Source of the DNA: Mizuhopecten yessoensis
Taxonomy: Eukaryota
Assembly: GCF_002113885.1 (NCBI RefSeq)
Contig: NW_018406319.1
Location: forward strand, 611,769 to 675,768
Length of the DNA: 64,000 bases
Reading direction: 5' to 3'
A program made the position numbers and the translations under genes. Every line of letters begins with the position of its first letter. The first letter of the stretch is position 1. Of the stretch, positions 12,501-24,389 are shown in pieces. The notes below the pieces were generated by a model that saw nothing but the letters and a program-made list of their open reading frames with translations, was not told where the DNA came from and ran no database searches.

Positions 12501-15500
12501 TGAAAATACTCACTAGAGTATGTTTAATCTATTTTATTACGTACGAAGGGCGAATATTAGGAACAAAATGGCAAAATCAAACACAAACAAAACAGCGTGT
12601 CAGAAATTGAATAAACACCAATTGGAAATGCATCATAACTCCCAATAGAAATTATTACAAGTGTTAATCGACCTAAATATGTGTCCACAGACAACGCACG
12701 TGACCTTGGTACGAATACCGTAACTTGTTACCGAACTTGTTGAAACCGGATGAATTTAGAACAGAATCATGTGTGACCCCTACATGCCGATAACTCACTG
12801 ACCTCTTGCCACTGAGAAACTTCCCATTGAGGGCCGCATGGAATGACGCCACACCTGCGAGACGACATCGGCTCCGCCCTTAGGTCACACAGGTAAGCGT
12901 GTACCGTACTGTCGAACCCGGGGGCTAGCATCTGCCAGCACCGTACAGACCGAACAGACTCCCCACCACCACATGTCCTGGAACAGGGCGCCCAGGGGCC
13001 AGTCACCCACCTGCAGGAGAAACCCCATTAAACTCGATTTCAGAAATATCATAATGAAAAAAATTAGAACACTACAAGATTTATATACAAAAAATTACTT
13101 CTTATCTAAAAAACCCACTAATATAATAATGGTAAAATAATGGGTTTGAAATCGAATGACAACGTATGCACATACATTATATATAGTACATGCACAGTTA
13201 TTTGACCTTGGTTGGCATCGTTTCCGGCCACACTCGTGATACGTTGGGCTGGGACGCATGCTGACGTCGCATAAACTCTCATTGACCTGGACACCATCGT
13301 TCCGTTCACATCTAAACAAACTGATCTGTGTTCCTTTAAAAAAAAAAGATCAATTTTAAAACCTGAATCAATGAAACAATGGCGATTAAGGCAGCTGATA
13401 ATAATCGTTACTTCAAAGGGGGTTGTAGTATTGTTTACGGAACAAATCTGTGGGGTTTTAATTTTAAGCATCACTATTAACTGTGAACAGTTCTTTTTCG
13501 TCGGATTTATATTTCGCGTGTTTGTCGGGCTGCTAAAACAGAGAAACATAACCTCCACGATGTATTAATGTTCTACAAAAACTGCCGAAATGACATTTTA
13601 TATAAAGTTACAAATTATAGAAATATCATACTGTTATACTGCAATAAGAAAAAAAGAAAATATACCGAATGAACACGTAGAACTACATGGTGTGATGGTA
13701 TTCTTCCGCCATTCATACACATCACTGCTATCTGTTCGCCGAAATAGTTCCTCGTTACCTTCCTCTAGAATGTATAAAGAAACTGTTATACCGAATATAA
13801 AAGTCCTACAAAACTTAATAGAATACATATATAAATCATTCCTAACTTTATACATAAAACAATACTTAACTTTATACAAAGGTATCAACGTTCATTGAAT
13901 CAATGCATGAGGATGGGCCGATTATATGAACAATCAGTACCAGGAAATAATAACCGATAAGCAAAGACCGTCTTCTGTAAATGAATATGTAGCTATGATG
14001 CTGTTCTCACCTGTGTTGTCAACTTGTGTCGCGCCACTCCGGACACTAATACCGATACCCAGGCTCCGAGCTAAGTTATCCGACATACGGGCTCTGTTAG
14101 AATCTGAAAAAGATGCAAAGTAATTTACATTATATGGAAAATAAAGAGTTTCGTTTTAAGTATCACGGTTTGTTTCATTGGAGCCAGATATAGTGTATGG
14201 CTTCATAAAACGTATTTCCAAATTGTAGATTGATGCCCGCTAATTTTCCCTGAATGAGCCACAGAAATAGTGGGATTATTTTTGGTCGGTCGACTGCAAA
14301 CGGCTATCTATAATTTCCAACTTCGTCTCATTTTTTTATCATTGTTATAGCACTTATCATTAGAATGTTCTCTCACTTGTGCTATTTGTTCAGAACTTGT
14401 TTATTTGAGTCCGGTGTAGAGGATCTTAAATGATCCTGTACTGGTAATAAACTTAACTTATAACGTTATGCATCGCCTTGAATAGTTGAATACTGCCGAA
14501 ACATAGCGTGAACTTGTTTGTACATTGTAATGATATAAAAAGAAGTGCCGACTGACAGATCTGGCCGAGATTTAACAATGGAACATTTGATACGCTGTAG
14601 GACTTCTTCTGTGACTAAGTAATTTGGTTAATAATTGGAAACTAAAAGCATGTGTATTATAAAAACAACACATGCGCAGACATATCGTTTCACACTCGAA
14701 GTATTCCGAATAATGGATGAAACGTGGTACTAGACAGAATCTCGGAGATGGCGAATTCATGTACCAAATTACCTGTGTCATAGCTTTGGGTATCGCCAGC
14801 GTCATCAGTACGAAGGCTGCTAGGGATGGCGTCACGTTCGATGCTTACTGGGAGGAACTTTGGAACATTCTTTTTTCGCAATTTTAGCTTTCGTTTGCGT
14901 GAAAGGCGTTTTCTCTTTTTGGAACGAGGAGAGGGATTGTTGAGAACATCAAGGGTAGAAATGATTTCGACTGGAAGTGTGGTAGTAGTTTCTTTTGATA
15001 CAGAAAGTACATTTAATTCGCGGACGTTTTCTTTTTCCGGCGCAGCTTTGACTTTTAGTCTTGACGTGTCTGTTGCACTGAAAAAGTCGACGCTAAGATA
15101 AAAAAAAATACGGAATAAGTTGAAACTCCATTCATATTTATACAGCGACAGTGCTTTAGGGTCATTTAAATCATAGTAACAATACTTATGGGGACAATTG
15201 CAACATAGTGGAAGTAGTTAGAATGTCAATAACAACATCGTAACAGTTCTTAGAATGTCATTTACAACATAGACACAGTTCTTTGAATGTCAATTACAAC
15301 ATAGACACAGTTCTTTGAATGTCAATTATAACATCGTAACCGTAGATAGAATGTCATTAACAACATCGTAACAGTAGATAGAATGTCATTTACAACATAG
15401 ACACAGTTCTTTGAATGTCAATTACAACATAGACACAGTTCTTTGAATGTCGATTACAACATAGACACAGTTCTTTGAATGTCGATTACAACATAGACAC

Positions 15501-16898
15501 AGTTATTTGAATGTCGATTACAACGTCGTAACAATACTAAGAATGTCAATTACAACATAGACACAGTTCTTTGAATGTCAATTACAACATCGTAACCGTA
15601 GATAGAATGTCATTAACAACATTGTAACAGTAGATAGAATGTCATTTACAACATAGACACAGTTCTTTGAATGTCAATTACAACATAGACACAGTTCTTT
15701 GAATGTCGATTACAACATAGACACAGTTCTTTGAATGTCGATTACAACATAGACACAGTTATTTGAATGTCGATTACAACGTCGTAACAATACTAAGAAT
15801 GTCAATTACAACATAGACACAGTTCTTTGAATGTCAATTACAACATCGTAACAATACTTAGAATGTCAATTACAACTTAGACACAGTTCTTTGAATGTCG
15901 ATTACAACGTCGTAACAGTAGTTAGAATGTCAATTACAACGTCGTAACAATACTAAGAGTGTCAATTACAACTTCGTAACAGTAGTTAGAATGTCAATTA
16001 CAACATAGACACAGTTCTTTGAATGTCAATTACAACATAGACACAGTTATTTGAATGTCGATTACAACGTCGTAACAATACTAAGAATGTCAATTACAAC
16101 ATAGACACAGTTCTTTGAATGTCAATTACAACGTCGTNTAGATATAAAGTTAATTGCAAAATAGTGACAGTGCTTAGAATAGAATGTCAGTTATAACATT
16201 GTTACAATACTTAGAGTGCCAGTCGTCAGTCATAACATAGCAACAGTACTCATAGGGGAATTCAACTTTAATACTTAGGATACAAATTATTTTATTGTTA
16301 GTTACACAACTTATGATGCAAAAGAACTCTCACGTAGTATCAATTCTAATCTATATCACAACCTTCACCTTGTGGATGTATTCGATCTCGTGACGTCATT
16401 AGGTATAGGTCGTGGTGGAACAGGAAATCCTTTGACAGAGGCCACGTGTTGGTAAAGAAGCTTTTGCCAGTCGTAGCTTTCCTCTTGAGACGTAGATTCG
16501 ATGACGTCATGCTCAGATGTACCAGCCTGCCTGGTGAGTTCGTACTCGATAGTGATGGTACTGTGTTGTTCCAGTGTAAATCCCTAACGACGAACAGGTC
16601 ATGGTAGACATAGGTGTATATAGCTTACCAATATGTTAAACATGTACGACAGAGAAAACGCGTAATATAAATTGTTACAAACACCGGTGTTCAATCCTTC
16701 ATGTCTTTGTGTATAAGGGTATACTTACGAGGATATTCAGGTTCTCAGAGTTGGGTCCCTCCCATCGGAGGGAGGAAGGACCGCCATTTTGGCTTTGCTG
16801 GTAATATATTACGGTACCCGCAATAGCAAACGTCCCGGCGAGACGCTCGCGTCTGTTGACGTCATTCAGGAAGAAGATACCATCAGAGGATTTTACAG
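6386..16898 (-). CDS. ADAMTSL2: ADAMTS-like protein 2 orthologue, 3' part (12 exons: distal spacer, linker, 6 TSP1 repeats, PLAC); 5' exons not identified
   Basis: Exons 16898-16729, 16583-16369, 15092-14773, 14103-14011, 13764-13666, 13333-13207, 13010-12803, 12165-12010, 9293-9120, 7868-7689, 7335-7191, 6519-6386 join in frame at GT-AG junctions. RSVRCWQMLAPGFDSTV, CGPQWEVSQW and RCERNDGVQVNESLCD..RPSP match, from my recollection, diagnostic segments of vertebrate ADAMTSL2 (VRCWKMLSPGFDSSV, CGPQWEMSEW). Confidence 0.9.
7191..7335 (-). CDS. ADAMTSL2: ADAMTSL2 exon (TSP1)
   Basis: CSETCGEDAAKTREVRCYLANQTSDRCNVNEKPQTTERCFLRPCPKQD; cag/gtaggt; phase 0 to 1. Confidence 0.9.
7689..7868 (-). CDS. 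ADAMTSL2: ADAMTSL2 exon (TSP1)
   Basis: CDMNCGKGEVTRKLICG...CFVEECRVMWFTTTWSE; cag/gtaggt; 180 nt, phase 0-0. Confidence 0.92.
9120..9293 (-). CDS. ADAMTSL2: ADAMTSL2 exon (TSP1)
   Basis: CSGLCGRGTRQRHVGCRDPQGRLLAENFCDPDTKPLSTIACSESLYCPPTWVAQPWGK; tag/gtaggt; 174 nt. Confidence 0.92.
9655..12030. repeat. 31/27-bp intronic minisatellite derived from the adjacent exon end plus splice donor
   Basis: Unit actggagaccaactgacggtgtaaattactt; its reverse complement is TACACCGTCAGTTGGTCTCCA|gtaagtaat, the last 21 nt of exon 12165-12010 plus its donor. Confidence 0.95.
12010..12165 (-). CDS. ADAMTSL2: ADAMTSL2 exon (TSP1)
   Basis: CTSMCGNGFQTRHVRCSSGSDVYCSTRSRPLSKRSCHLAQCTNQWYTVSWSP; cag/gtaagt; 156 nt. 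Confidence 0.92.
12803..13010 (-). CDS. ADAMTSL2: ADAMTSL2 exon (TSP1)
   Basis: WVTGPWAPCSRTCGGGESVRSVRCWQMLAPGFDSTVHAYLCDL...CGPQWEVSQWQE; cag/gtcagt. Confidence 0.93.
13207..13333 (-). CDS. ADAMTSL2: ADAMTSL2 exon (TSP1 C-terminal half)
   Basis: GTQISLFRCERNDGVQVNESLCDVSMRPSPTYHECGRKRCQPR; poly-T aag acceptor, gtcaaa donor; phase 1 to 2. Confidence 0.88.
13666..13764 (-). CDS. ADAMTSL2: ADAMTSL2 exon (TSP1 N-terminal half)
   Basis: EEGNEELFRRTDSSDVYEWRKNTITPCSSTCSF; tag/gtatat; 99 nt. Confidence 0.85.
14011..14103 (-). CDS. ADAMTSL2: ADAMTSL2 linker exon
   Basis: DSNRARMSDNLARSLGIGISVRSGATQVDNT; strong ctttttcag/gtgaga sites; phase 1-1. Confidence 0.75.
14773..15092 (-). CDS. ADAMTSL2: ADAMTSL2 linker exon with polybasic tract
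   Basis: Open 320-nt frame SVDFFSATDTSRLK...RSKKRKRLSRKRKLKLRKKNVPK...QSYDT; phase 2 to 1 fits both neighbours. Confidence 0.78.
15215..16138. repeat. 32-bp intronic minisatellite (gaatgtcaattacaacatagacacagttcttt)
   Basis: 32-bp period seen directly; ends at an ambiguous base (n, 16138), probably an assembly join. Confidence 0.95.
16369..16583 (-). CDS. ADAMTSL2: ADAMTSL2 exon (end of spacer, start of linker)
   Basis: GFTLEQHSTITIEYELTRQAGTSEHDV...DVTRSNTST; tag/gtgaag; phase 0 to 2. Confidence 0.78.
16729..16898 (-). CDS. ADAMTSL2: ADAMTSL2 exon (ADAMTS spacer domain)
   Basis: AVKSSDGIFFLNDVNRRERLAGTFAIAGTVIYYQQ...LRWEGPNSENLNIL matches the spacer consensus (G.F.LN...G.F..AGT...Y...GP....L.I); cag/gtaagt. 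Confidence 0.88.
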
Positions 16899-17077
16899 CT
16901 GTAACATATAAAGATACAATCGGATCATCATCCAGTAAGATGGCCGATTTCAAAAAGGAAACTATCTTCCATATTATTAGCGTCATTTCATAGTGTCGTA
17001 TCTTGTTACGTTCTAATGGGCATCCTGTTGGCTCAGCTGAAAATTAACATGAGGATTCGGTTGTGCTTCAAATGGTG

Positions 17078-17250
17078 TGTTTATTGGTTTTATTTTGTTG
17101 AACGTCCTAGTAACATGCAAGGTCATTTAAGGATGTATCACCAAGTGTGTATTGTATGCGTGCTGGAGGGACGGCATGTTGGTATATATGCATCTTTTCG
17201 ATAGCACGGATCAGATGCCAACTTTGGAGTGCTACTTCTCAGGAGCCTGA
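17078..17250 (-). mobile_element. Degenerate SINE-like element
   Basis: Tail aacgtcctagtaaca..ggtcatttaagga and core gcacggatcagatgccaactttggagtgctac are shared with 19005-19183 and 19245-19410. Confidence 0.55.
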
Positions 17251-18465
17251 CAATTTGATACAGCTATATTGAGTTATTTTACACGTTTAAGGGGTTTAGA
17301 ACAATTTTTGTTAAACATGCCATCATCATAGATATCTAATTCAAATAGATATCTCACTGCAATAGATAATTAACTTAAACAGATATCTAGCTAAAATAGA
17401 TATATCACTGCAATAGATAACTAACTTAAAAAGATATCTAGCTAAAATAGATATCACTAGAATAGATGAACTATTTTGATATCTCACAAACATTGATATA
17501 TCACTCATCAAAAGGTATTTATATATAAATATATTATATATAAAATAATTAAAAGTAAAAATTTCCGATACAAAATGTTGACATAGCAACAGCCGGAAGT
17601 ACTAGTGACGTCAAACTGAACCCTTGTGTTCGGTATCAACTATTGCATGCCAGATCATGATTTGCTTCAACAATTGTGTCGGCTTCCCTAGTTCTATTTA
17701 AAGTACTATCCATTGTCAGTTTTTGGTTGTACTGTTTTGTATAGTCTCTATTTCGGTTGAGTGAAATGATTGTAGCCCTTCACTGTGATTTTATTATTTT
17801 TTTCTCTCTTTATTTTCTTATATTTTCATCATTCCTGGTATTAAAAAAATGATATTTTTTTAAAATAAAACTGTATACTAAAGTTATACAGACAAACATA
17901 CCAGAGGATAAGGGCGGAAGAGAGAACGAAACACTAGAATAAAGAACATTGTCGTTGAAATTCTGTAACAAACAAAGTTTCAGGTACCTTGAACATTATT
18001 GTTGATATTTTTCTTTTATGAAAAATCTTCATTAGAATAAAACGTTGATCTCGGAGAACAGATACAGTACTGTATTTATATTTCCCTCTTCCCTCTTCCC
18101 TCTTCCCTCTTCCTTTTCCAGGGACAATAGTTGTATACAGTTTCAGTTAAAATTACACCAGACTTGCGTTTTGTTCGTCGCGACCAGAAAACCATACATT
18201 TATTTCTATTTTAGAGGCCTTCATGATTTAATGATCATATTTCTAGAACCCGAATATATATACATATGATTCTAATAGACTTGATCCCCTGTATTTAATA
18301 CTCCTGTACACATCGGGGATTGAGAAAAGAACGTACCTGCTGTTACCAACTGCATTTTGTAAGAGGCAATCAAATGAGGGAACCCCCTGTAGAATAGGAG
18401 ATTGGCTTCTGTGCTCTCTACTTGGGGACACAAAAGTGACCACAATATATCTCCTGTACCCACAT

Positions 18466-18707
18466 CAACATTTTGAGTCTCCATAAAGATTCTCTACTTC
18501 CTAACAACATTTTGGGTCTCTATATAGATTCTCTACTTCCTAACAACAAATGGGGTTTCTATATAGATTCTCTACTTCCTAACAACATTGTGGGTCTCTA
18601 TAGAGATTCTCTACTTCCTAACAACATTTTGGGTCTCTATATAGATTCTCTACTTCCTAACAACATTTTTGGTCTCTTTATAGATTCTCTACTTCCTAAC
18701 AACATTT
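18466..18707. repeat. 39-bp tandem repeat, ~6 copies
   Basis: tagattctctacttcctaacaacattttgggtctcta periodicity; explains ORF 18473-18835. Confidence 0.9.
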
Positions 18708-18714
18708 GTTTGTT

Positions 18715-18973
18715 TCTTAGCGCCTCTCTTGACAAAACCTCACTTTTGGCATTCGTGTTGAACGTTTGCCCAAGTAGGGAAGGCAATGGGTTCTGTCCCA
18801 AGGCTAGGACATACATTCTTGTACCTAAGTCTTAAAACATGGAAGTTGTTATTCCTCGCTGAAAGCGCAGCATTTAGGGTTATTTCAACAACCGGATTCC
18901 CATTTGTCAGTATTAAATTACGTCCTTAGATGATATAACCTGTTAAAGGGGACGCTAAATCAAATAAACCAAA
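18715..18973 (+). mobile_element. Degenerate tRNA-derived SINE-like element
   Basis: Degenerate B box (ggttctgtccc), central taaaacatggaagttg..cctcgctgaaagcgcagcatttaggg resembling a V-type SINE core, tail tgttaaaggggacgctaaatcaaataaacc. Confidence 0.45.
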
Positions 18974-19004
18974 ATGAATGTAATACATGTTGCGACCAGT
19001 GGAA

Positions 19005-19410
19005 TACTGTGCTAGGTGTCTTCAGTATGGTATCTCATTGAGGGATCACCCTAAAGTCGGAATCAGATCCGCACTACTGCAAGGCGGCGAATACACCTCC
19101 AACATACACGCATACGTTACAAACATGAACACATGTTCTTAAAGATTAGCTGTTAATAGGATGCTAAGCTAAATAAACAAAACTGTATGTAATACCTGTA
19201 CAGCATAGTACGAGGAGATGACCTTTTCTATCAGATACAATATTAGTTTGGTTTGGTTTTATAGGGTTCCTATCAACAGTTAAGGTGTGACTCCATGCGT
19301 GCTGTGTATGCGTGCTTGTGTGTATGTTATTTACCTCCTTGCGATAGCGCGGCTCTGGTGCCGACTTTATAGTGCTACCTCACTGAAATACCAGGCCAAA
19401 GGCACCACAT
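19005..19410. mobile_element. Two SINE-like 3' fragments in tail-to-tail inverted orientation (19005-19183 +, 19245-19410 -)
   Basis: ctaaagtcgg..tgttaataggatgctaagctaaataaacaaa versus ttggtttt..cctatcaacag..ccgactttatagtgctacctcactgaa. Confidence 0.55.
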
Positions 19411-20762
19411 CTACTATATTTATCCTCGTTATTACAGGACCTTTTACTAGAACCTATATATACATGCAATGTATACAGACAAAGTGCATCTTATTTAAAT
19501 ACCAGCGCTGTTGGACCCGTAGTCTAGTACGGGGGCAAGACCATTTCTAACAAATACGATGTAACAGTTCTTACCGTATTTTATATTATGTTATATAAAT
19601 ATTATAGTTATATAAACATGTTGTGTGATATAAGCGTTCTTTGTGATCAAGTCACGCATCGTGTTGACATATAATTATATTAGTTACAGGCGAGTCAGCA
19701 TTCACTTAGGGTACATACATAGGTGTATATGTATATATCTTTAAATAAAGTGGTCACTCAAGTTACAAATGAAAAAGTCGTGACGTCTCGGGGTGTTTGT
19801 ACATTTGTATGTCATAAAAAATGATCTGGTTGCTATTTGCATACCCGATTCAAACGCAATTGCTCCATATGATGTTTCCCTCGTGTTTTTCAACGCGACA
19901 GGCCATCTTGTTCCGGCTTAATGTAAACGTTCAATAAAAAAACATGGATTGAATGAAAAATAAGATTGAAAAGACTTCAGTATTCGATTTCATTTTATCA
20001 TGATCAGGTTGGGAAAAAATGGTTTTCATTTTATTTTAAATCTCACACTTACATAATCTGCTCGTACTCATATATATTCATGTCAATATACGAAGCCATT
20101 GAGCTTACTCCTTAGTGTGTACCTGTCTAGATGAGGACTGGGGACGTAATACTACATCATTACCTTTAACAATATTTACAAAACCACTATAACACGTAAG
20201 AGCTATATCCGTCTGCGTCACCTGTATAAGAAGTATTTTTCCTTCGTACTATTTTCTTGTGTAAACTGCGTGATTCGTCAACCGTGGAATTTACAGTTGC
20301 CCTTCACATATGCCTCTGTATGTCCCACATATTTACTGCCTTGTTTGTTAGACATGACTGCTTAGGCTGGTAAGTGTACTAGTTGAATTGTTTAACGTTA
20401 CCTAACGAAACAGGGAGTTGTCGTGTGTCTAATTATCATCAGCTGAGAATGTATAACGCCTTGTACTCTCACTGATTGAATATGATCGTATCTTTCTTGC
20501 ATAAATTAAAAAGCTGAAAATAGGCCGTTCGCTGCAGTATACAGGTAACTATATGTGTGTGTCCCTACATACACAGCTATTAATTTGACCCCTGTTATTA
20601 TGTTGTTTTCAGTTATATATAAGTTAACACAAAGACATTACTTGTTCAGGTAGCTATAGCCTTAAGGTGATAGAAATTTGGGTCAAACTTTTAAAATAAT
20701 ATCGACTGCAGAGAAAGGTATTTTATGTGTATTGTATTCAATGTATATATGTGTGTTTGTAG

Positions 20763-20831
20763 ATAAGGACCATCACCCCGGGACTGATATTGTAACATCG
20801 GATGAGAAGCGAGTCAGTCATCGGAGGAAAG
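20763..20831 (+). other. Putative non-coding 5' UTR exon of the GPCR at 22648
   Basis: tttgtag acceptor and AAG|gtgagt donor; the GPCR exon has an acceptor (atttccag, ending 22622) 25 nt before its ATG. Confidence 0.4.
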
Positions 20832-22647
20832 GTGAGTCAATCGTTCACTTTACATAGTAATTACAGTTGATATACTTGCTTACATAAAGTGACCATCTTC
20901 AACAAGACAACGATCGTATAAACATGAAGCATATGATGACGAGACAAGTCCTGAAGTGGACGTTACTTGTATGAGTGTCACGTTTAGTGTCCCAAGCATA
21001 CACTGCTGTACAGGATAATAGTGTTGTTTATGACCTATGAACCACTATTTACGTGTTCACGGAATAATAAAACAATATATCGGTTCAGGAAATATTTGTT
21101 AACGTATATGAGTAATTATGGTGAACAAAAGTCCCACTCATTCAGAGTTATTTAGTTTACTTCCGGTTTGTACACATGCTGTACTCGTTACGTATGTATC
21201 CATAACGTAAGTTTATTTTATTTTTGGTATATTATTGACTGGAGTTAACATATTCTACATCCGGTAAACATCTATAACGTCAGCAAACTCTGCTTTCGGT
21301 AAAAATCAATTACTTAAGCTTACTCAACTTTCACGTAATCACGTTACCATACTCCAGTTCCGGTATAAAAGAGTAATGTTTGTATTCTCTACTTCCGGAA
21401 TAAATCAATATTTTCAATCATGAAACCATACTTTAGTTCTGGTATATATATACCAATAATGCTCGCATACTTTACTTCCGGTATATATCAATATTGTCGA
21501 CATACTGTACTTTCGGTTTACATGTATATCAATAATATCAGTATGTTTTACTTCCGATATATATCAACAACGCTAGCACACTGTTCTTCAACTTTAAATC
21601 TATAACGTATATTTAATCAACCTATCGTCCGCTGGATAACCGAACTACTCGATAGTGAAGGGGACGTAAAGACAATCGATCACTATTGAACCTTCGGTAT
21701 AACATATCTCTAACGATGGTAGTTAAGTGTACTTCCGGTATAAACTATATTCGTGCTATATAGGTATACATGGAAAGCTGTACCGAACCATCCTTATTTG
21801 GTATTCAGTCAACTGAAGGTATTTTATTGGGGTCATATGTGTATTTTGTTGTGTATATTTTGTACATACTGACAAGAGATTGCCCGCCATAAAATTAATG
21901 CCTCATCACAGGCGGGGGATGTCGTAGGCTGGTGCTAATTTACTCGCTGTGGATGTACGTAGTTACACTATCTTACATACTGCACTTTCAGGTAGACACA
22001 CACTTCTTTGAATAAACATACAATGTAGGTAATGACTATCACGTGAATTAACTCATTTGAATACAGGGAAAACGTGAGGTTGATATTGTATATTGTTTTA
22101 CATACAGGCTAACATTAGCTGTAAAAAAACGCTAAAGAAGACTTAAATTGCAATCATAATTTTGAATGTTTTATGAGAAGTTAAAGTGTTGAATGTATAG
22201 TTAGCCTGGTTAGCCTTACAGTACACTCTAAAAACGAAAAAAAAATCTTTGGCAAACCAGTGGAGGGAAACATAGCTATACGAAACTCGACCCAACAGGA
22301 TATGTGGTTGTAACTAGATACAAATAAAAAATATAAAGCAGTTTTGTCACAAAGAAATTATCCACTAACTTATTATAAATCATATCGTGAGTTACTTGCG
22401 TTTTAACAATGCAGCATTGTTTAGAATTCATTTGTTTGAATCTCGTGTCCCAAAAGTCATTATTTCAACTACACCTGGTCTCCTTAAACAAAACATATTC
22501 GTTCGCACGTATTGTCGTTTCTGACAAGCCCATAACATCTTATCTGTTTAGTTTTACTTAAAATGTAGTTCATTCATTTTTCGTATGTTTATTTACTGTT
22601 CTCAATGTTGATATATTTCCAGGTGGTATTCGCGTGGAAAGTGTACC

Positions 22648-23652
22648 ATGGGAGACGAAACGGACGTTTTGTTAGGGTCACGCATCCCAATTTCAATCGT
22701 CGCCATCTTGACGAACGTCACATCTCTCATCATTGTCTTCACATCGACGAGCTTACATACGAACGGCTTCATTCGGAACATCCTCAGCCTGTGTGTTTCA
22801 GATCTCCTCACAGCCGTCTTCGTAATTCCAATAAGTTTGATATATCATGGGAGTGTTAGTATTAATCGTGGGAGCGAGGTTTGCAACGCATGGTCGAGAT
22901 TGGCTTACTGCAATAGAGCACTCTCCTGTTTCATCCTCGTCACCATGTGTATCTTCTGTCTCGTCAGTAAGCTCCACAACAATCGACGGATTAAGTTACG
23001 CGTTTACAAAATGATCGAGGTTGCTCTGGTAATCATTCCATGGCTCTTTGTTTTAGTGGCGTATGTACCACTGTTTCTTATTGAGCAAAACAATACAAAG
23101 TCTGGAGACGATTTTGCAGAGCAACTATGCTTTTTCACAAACACTAATTATCAATTCCCGCTGACTGTTATCTTTTTAGTTTTTCCACCATGTTTACTCA
23201 TACTCACAATCATTGTGATGCATGTCATGTATAAAGTGATGCAACGTAAATCAGAACACCCACAGGAACCTGATACAGAAACGGAAGTAGATGGACGTTT
23301 GCGCATGTTTACTATTGGCACGTGGCTTGTGAGTTTGATGACAATTTGTTGTTGGATTCCGTTTATCATTGTGATGATTCTCCTACTATTCTGTCGCTCC
23401 TCGACATCGTCTATCGCCTCGTGTTACCCCTCGTTACACGCTATCGACACCACGTATACAATATCACTCGTCCCTTCAACACTCACGCCATTGTGTTGGC
23501 TTTGTATAAGAGCATTCCGTGTCAGGGCGTCCTTAATGACATCATGTGTTACACAAGCCTGCAGGTGTGGACAATCCATTAACTGTACCAACTGTACTCA
23601 CTGTCAGAAATCAACCACCGGTGATGATATAAATGCTCTAACAGAGTACTGA
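22648..23652 (+). CDS. Divergent rhodopsin-like (class A) GPCR, single coding exon, 334 aa
   Basis: Seven hydrophobic segments; TM1 N, TM2 LSLCVSDLL, TM3 Cys, TM4 IPW, ECL2 Cys, TM5 P, TM6 CCWIPF; Kozak-like accATGg. Confidence 0.88.
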   Translation: MGDETDVLLGSRIPISIVAILTNVTSLIIVFTSTSLHTNGFIRNILSLCVSDLLTAVFVIPISLIYHGSVSINRGSEVCNAWSRLAYCNRALSCFILVTMCIFCLVSKLHNNRRIKLRVYKMIEVALVIIPWLFVLVAYVPLFLIEQNNTKSGDDFAEQLCFFTNTNYQFPLTVIFLVFPPCLLILTIIVMHVMYKVMQRKSEHPQEPDTETEVDGRLRMFTIGTWLVSLMTICCWIPFIIVMILLLFCRSSTSSIASCYPSLHAIDTTYTISLVPSTLTPLCWLCIRAFRVRASLMTSCVTQACRCGQSINCTNCTHCQKSTTGDDINALTEY

Positions 23653-23812
23653 CAGTTGTCAATATTGGTATATATATTTATATAATATTTTGGATAAATC
23701 TTCAACGATGTTGCCATACTTATAAATTAACAAATTATACGTAAAGATCAAGTACCGTGCATGATATTGATATAAATAAAATTCTTGACCAAGTGATGAG
23801 TATCTTACACGG

Positions 23813-24389
23813 TATGGTAGCAGAGTACAGTAGAAATGGCTTGATCCTAAAAATAAAGGACATGTCTCAGATAAACGTGGATAGTGGATTTATCCTGCAC
23901 ATCACACCTACATATATATATATATTTATAAACTACATTTTGAATACATTTTTTTTCCAAGAATGATTTTGTTTTCAAAAAGTGATTTCCCCTGATTTGG
24001 GACTTGTGAAAACCATGGTTACCTCATCAAAAAACGCCAAAATTTGACCCTACTCGGTAACAGAAATACTCACGTTTTAATATACATGTAGGTCGTTCAA
24101 CTGGATTTTTCATAATATTTACACATGTGCTGAGTACAAAAATAGACTACATGAAAAGATATAGCTTTTGTTGTGTAGACACAGATTTGTAAATGGCCAA
24201 AAATGTTGTCTCAAACCAAATTCGATTTCTTTTTTAAATGTGAAGCCCATATAGTCCACTTCATCATGTATATGCCTATTTCAGTGCTGATTTTTTTTTA
24301 AACTTTGATACATGAAATATTACATGGGTTATTCATTGTACAAAAATATCACCCATGGCCACCGTCCGCTACTGTACACTGCTACCTTA
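23813..24389. mobile_element. MITE with terminal inverted repeats (uninterrupted copy)
   Basis: ggtagcagagtacagtag ... ctactgtacactgctacc inverted termini; related copies at 25492-28281 and 5050-5291. Confidence 0.7.
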
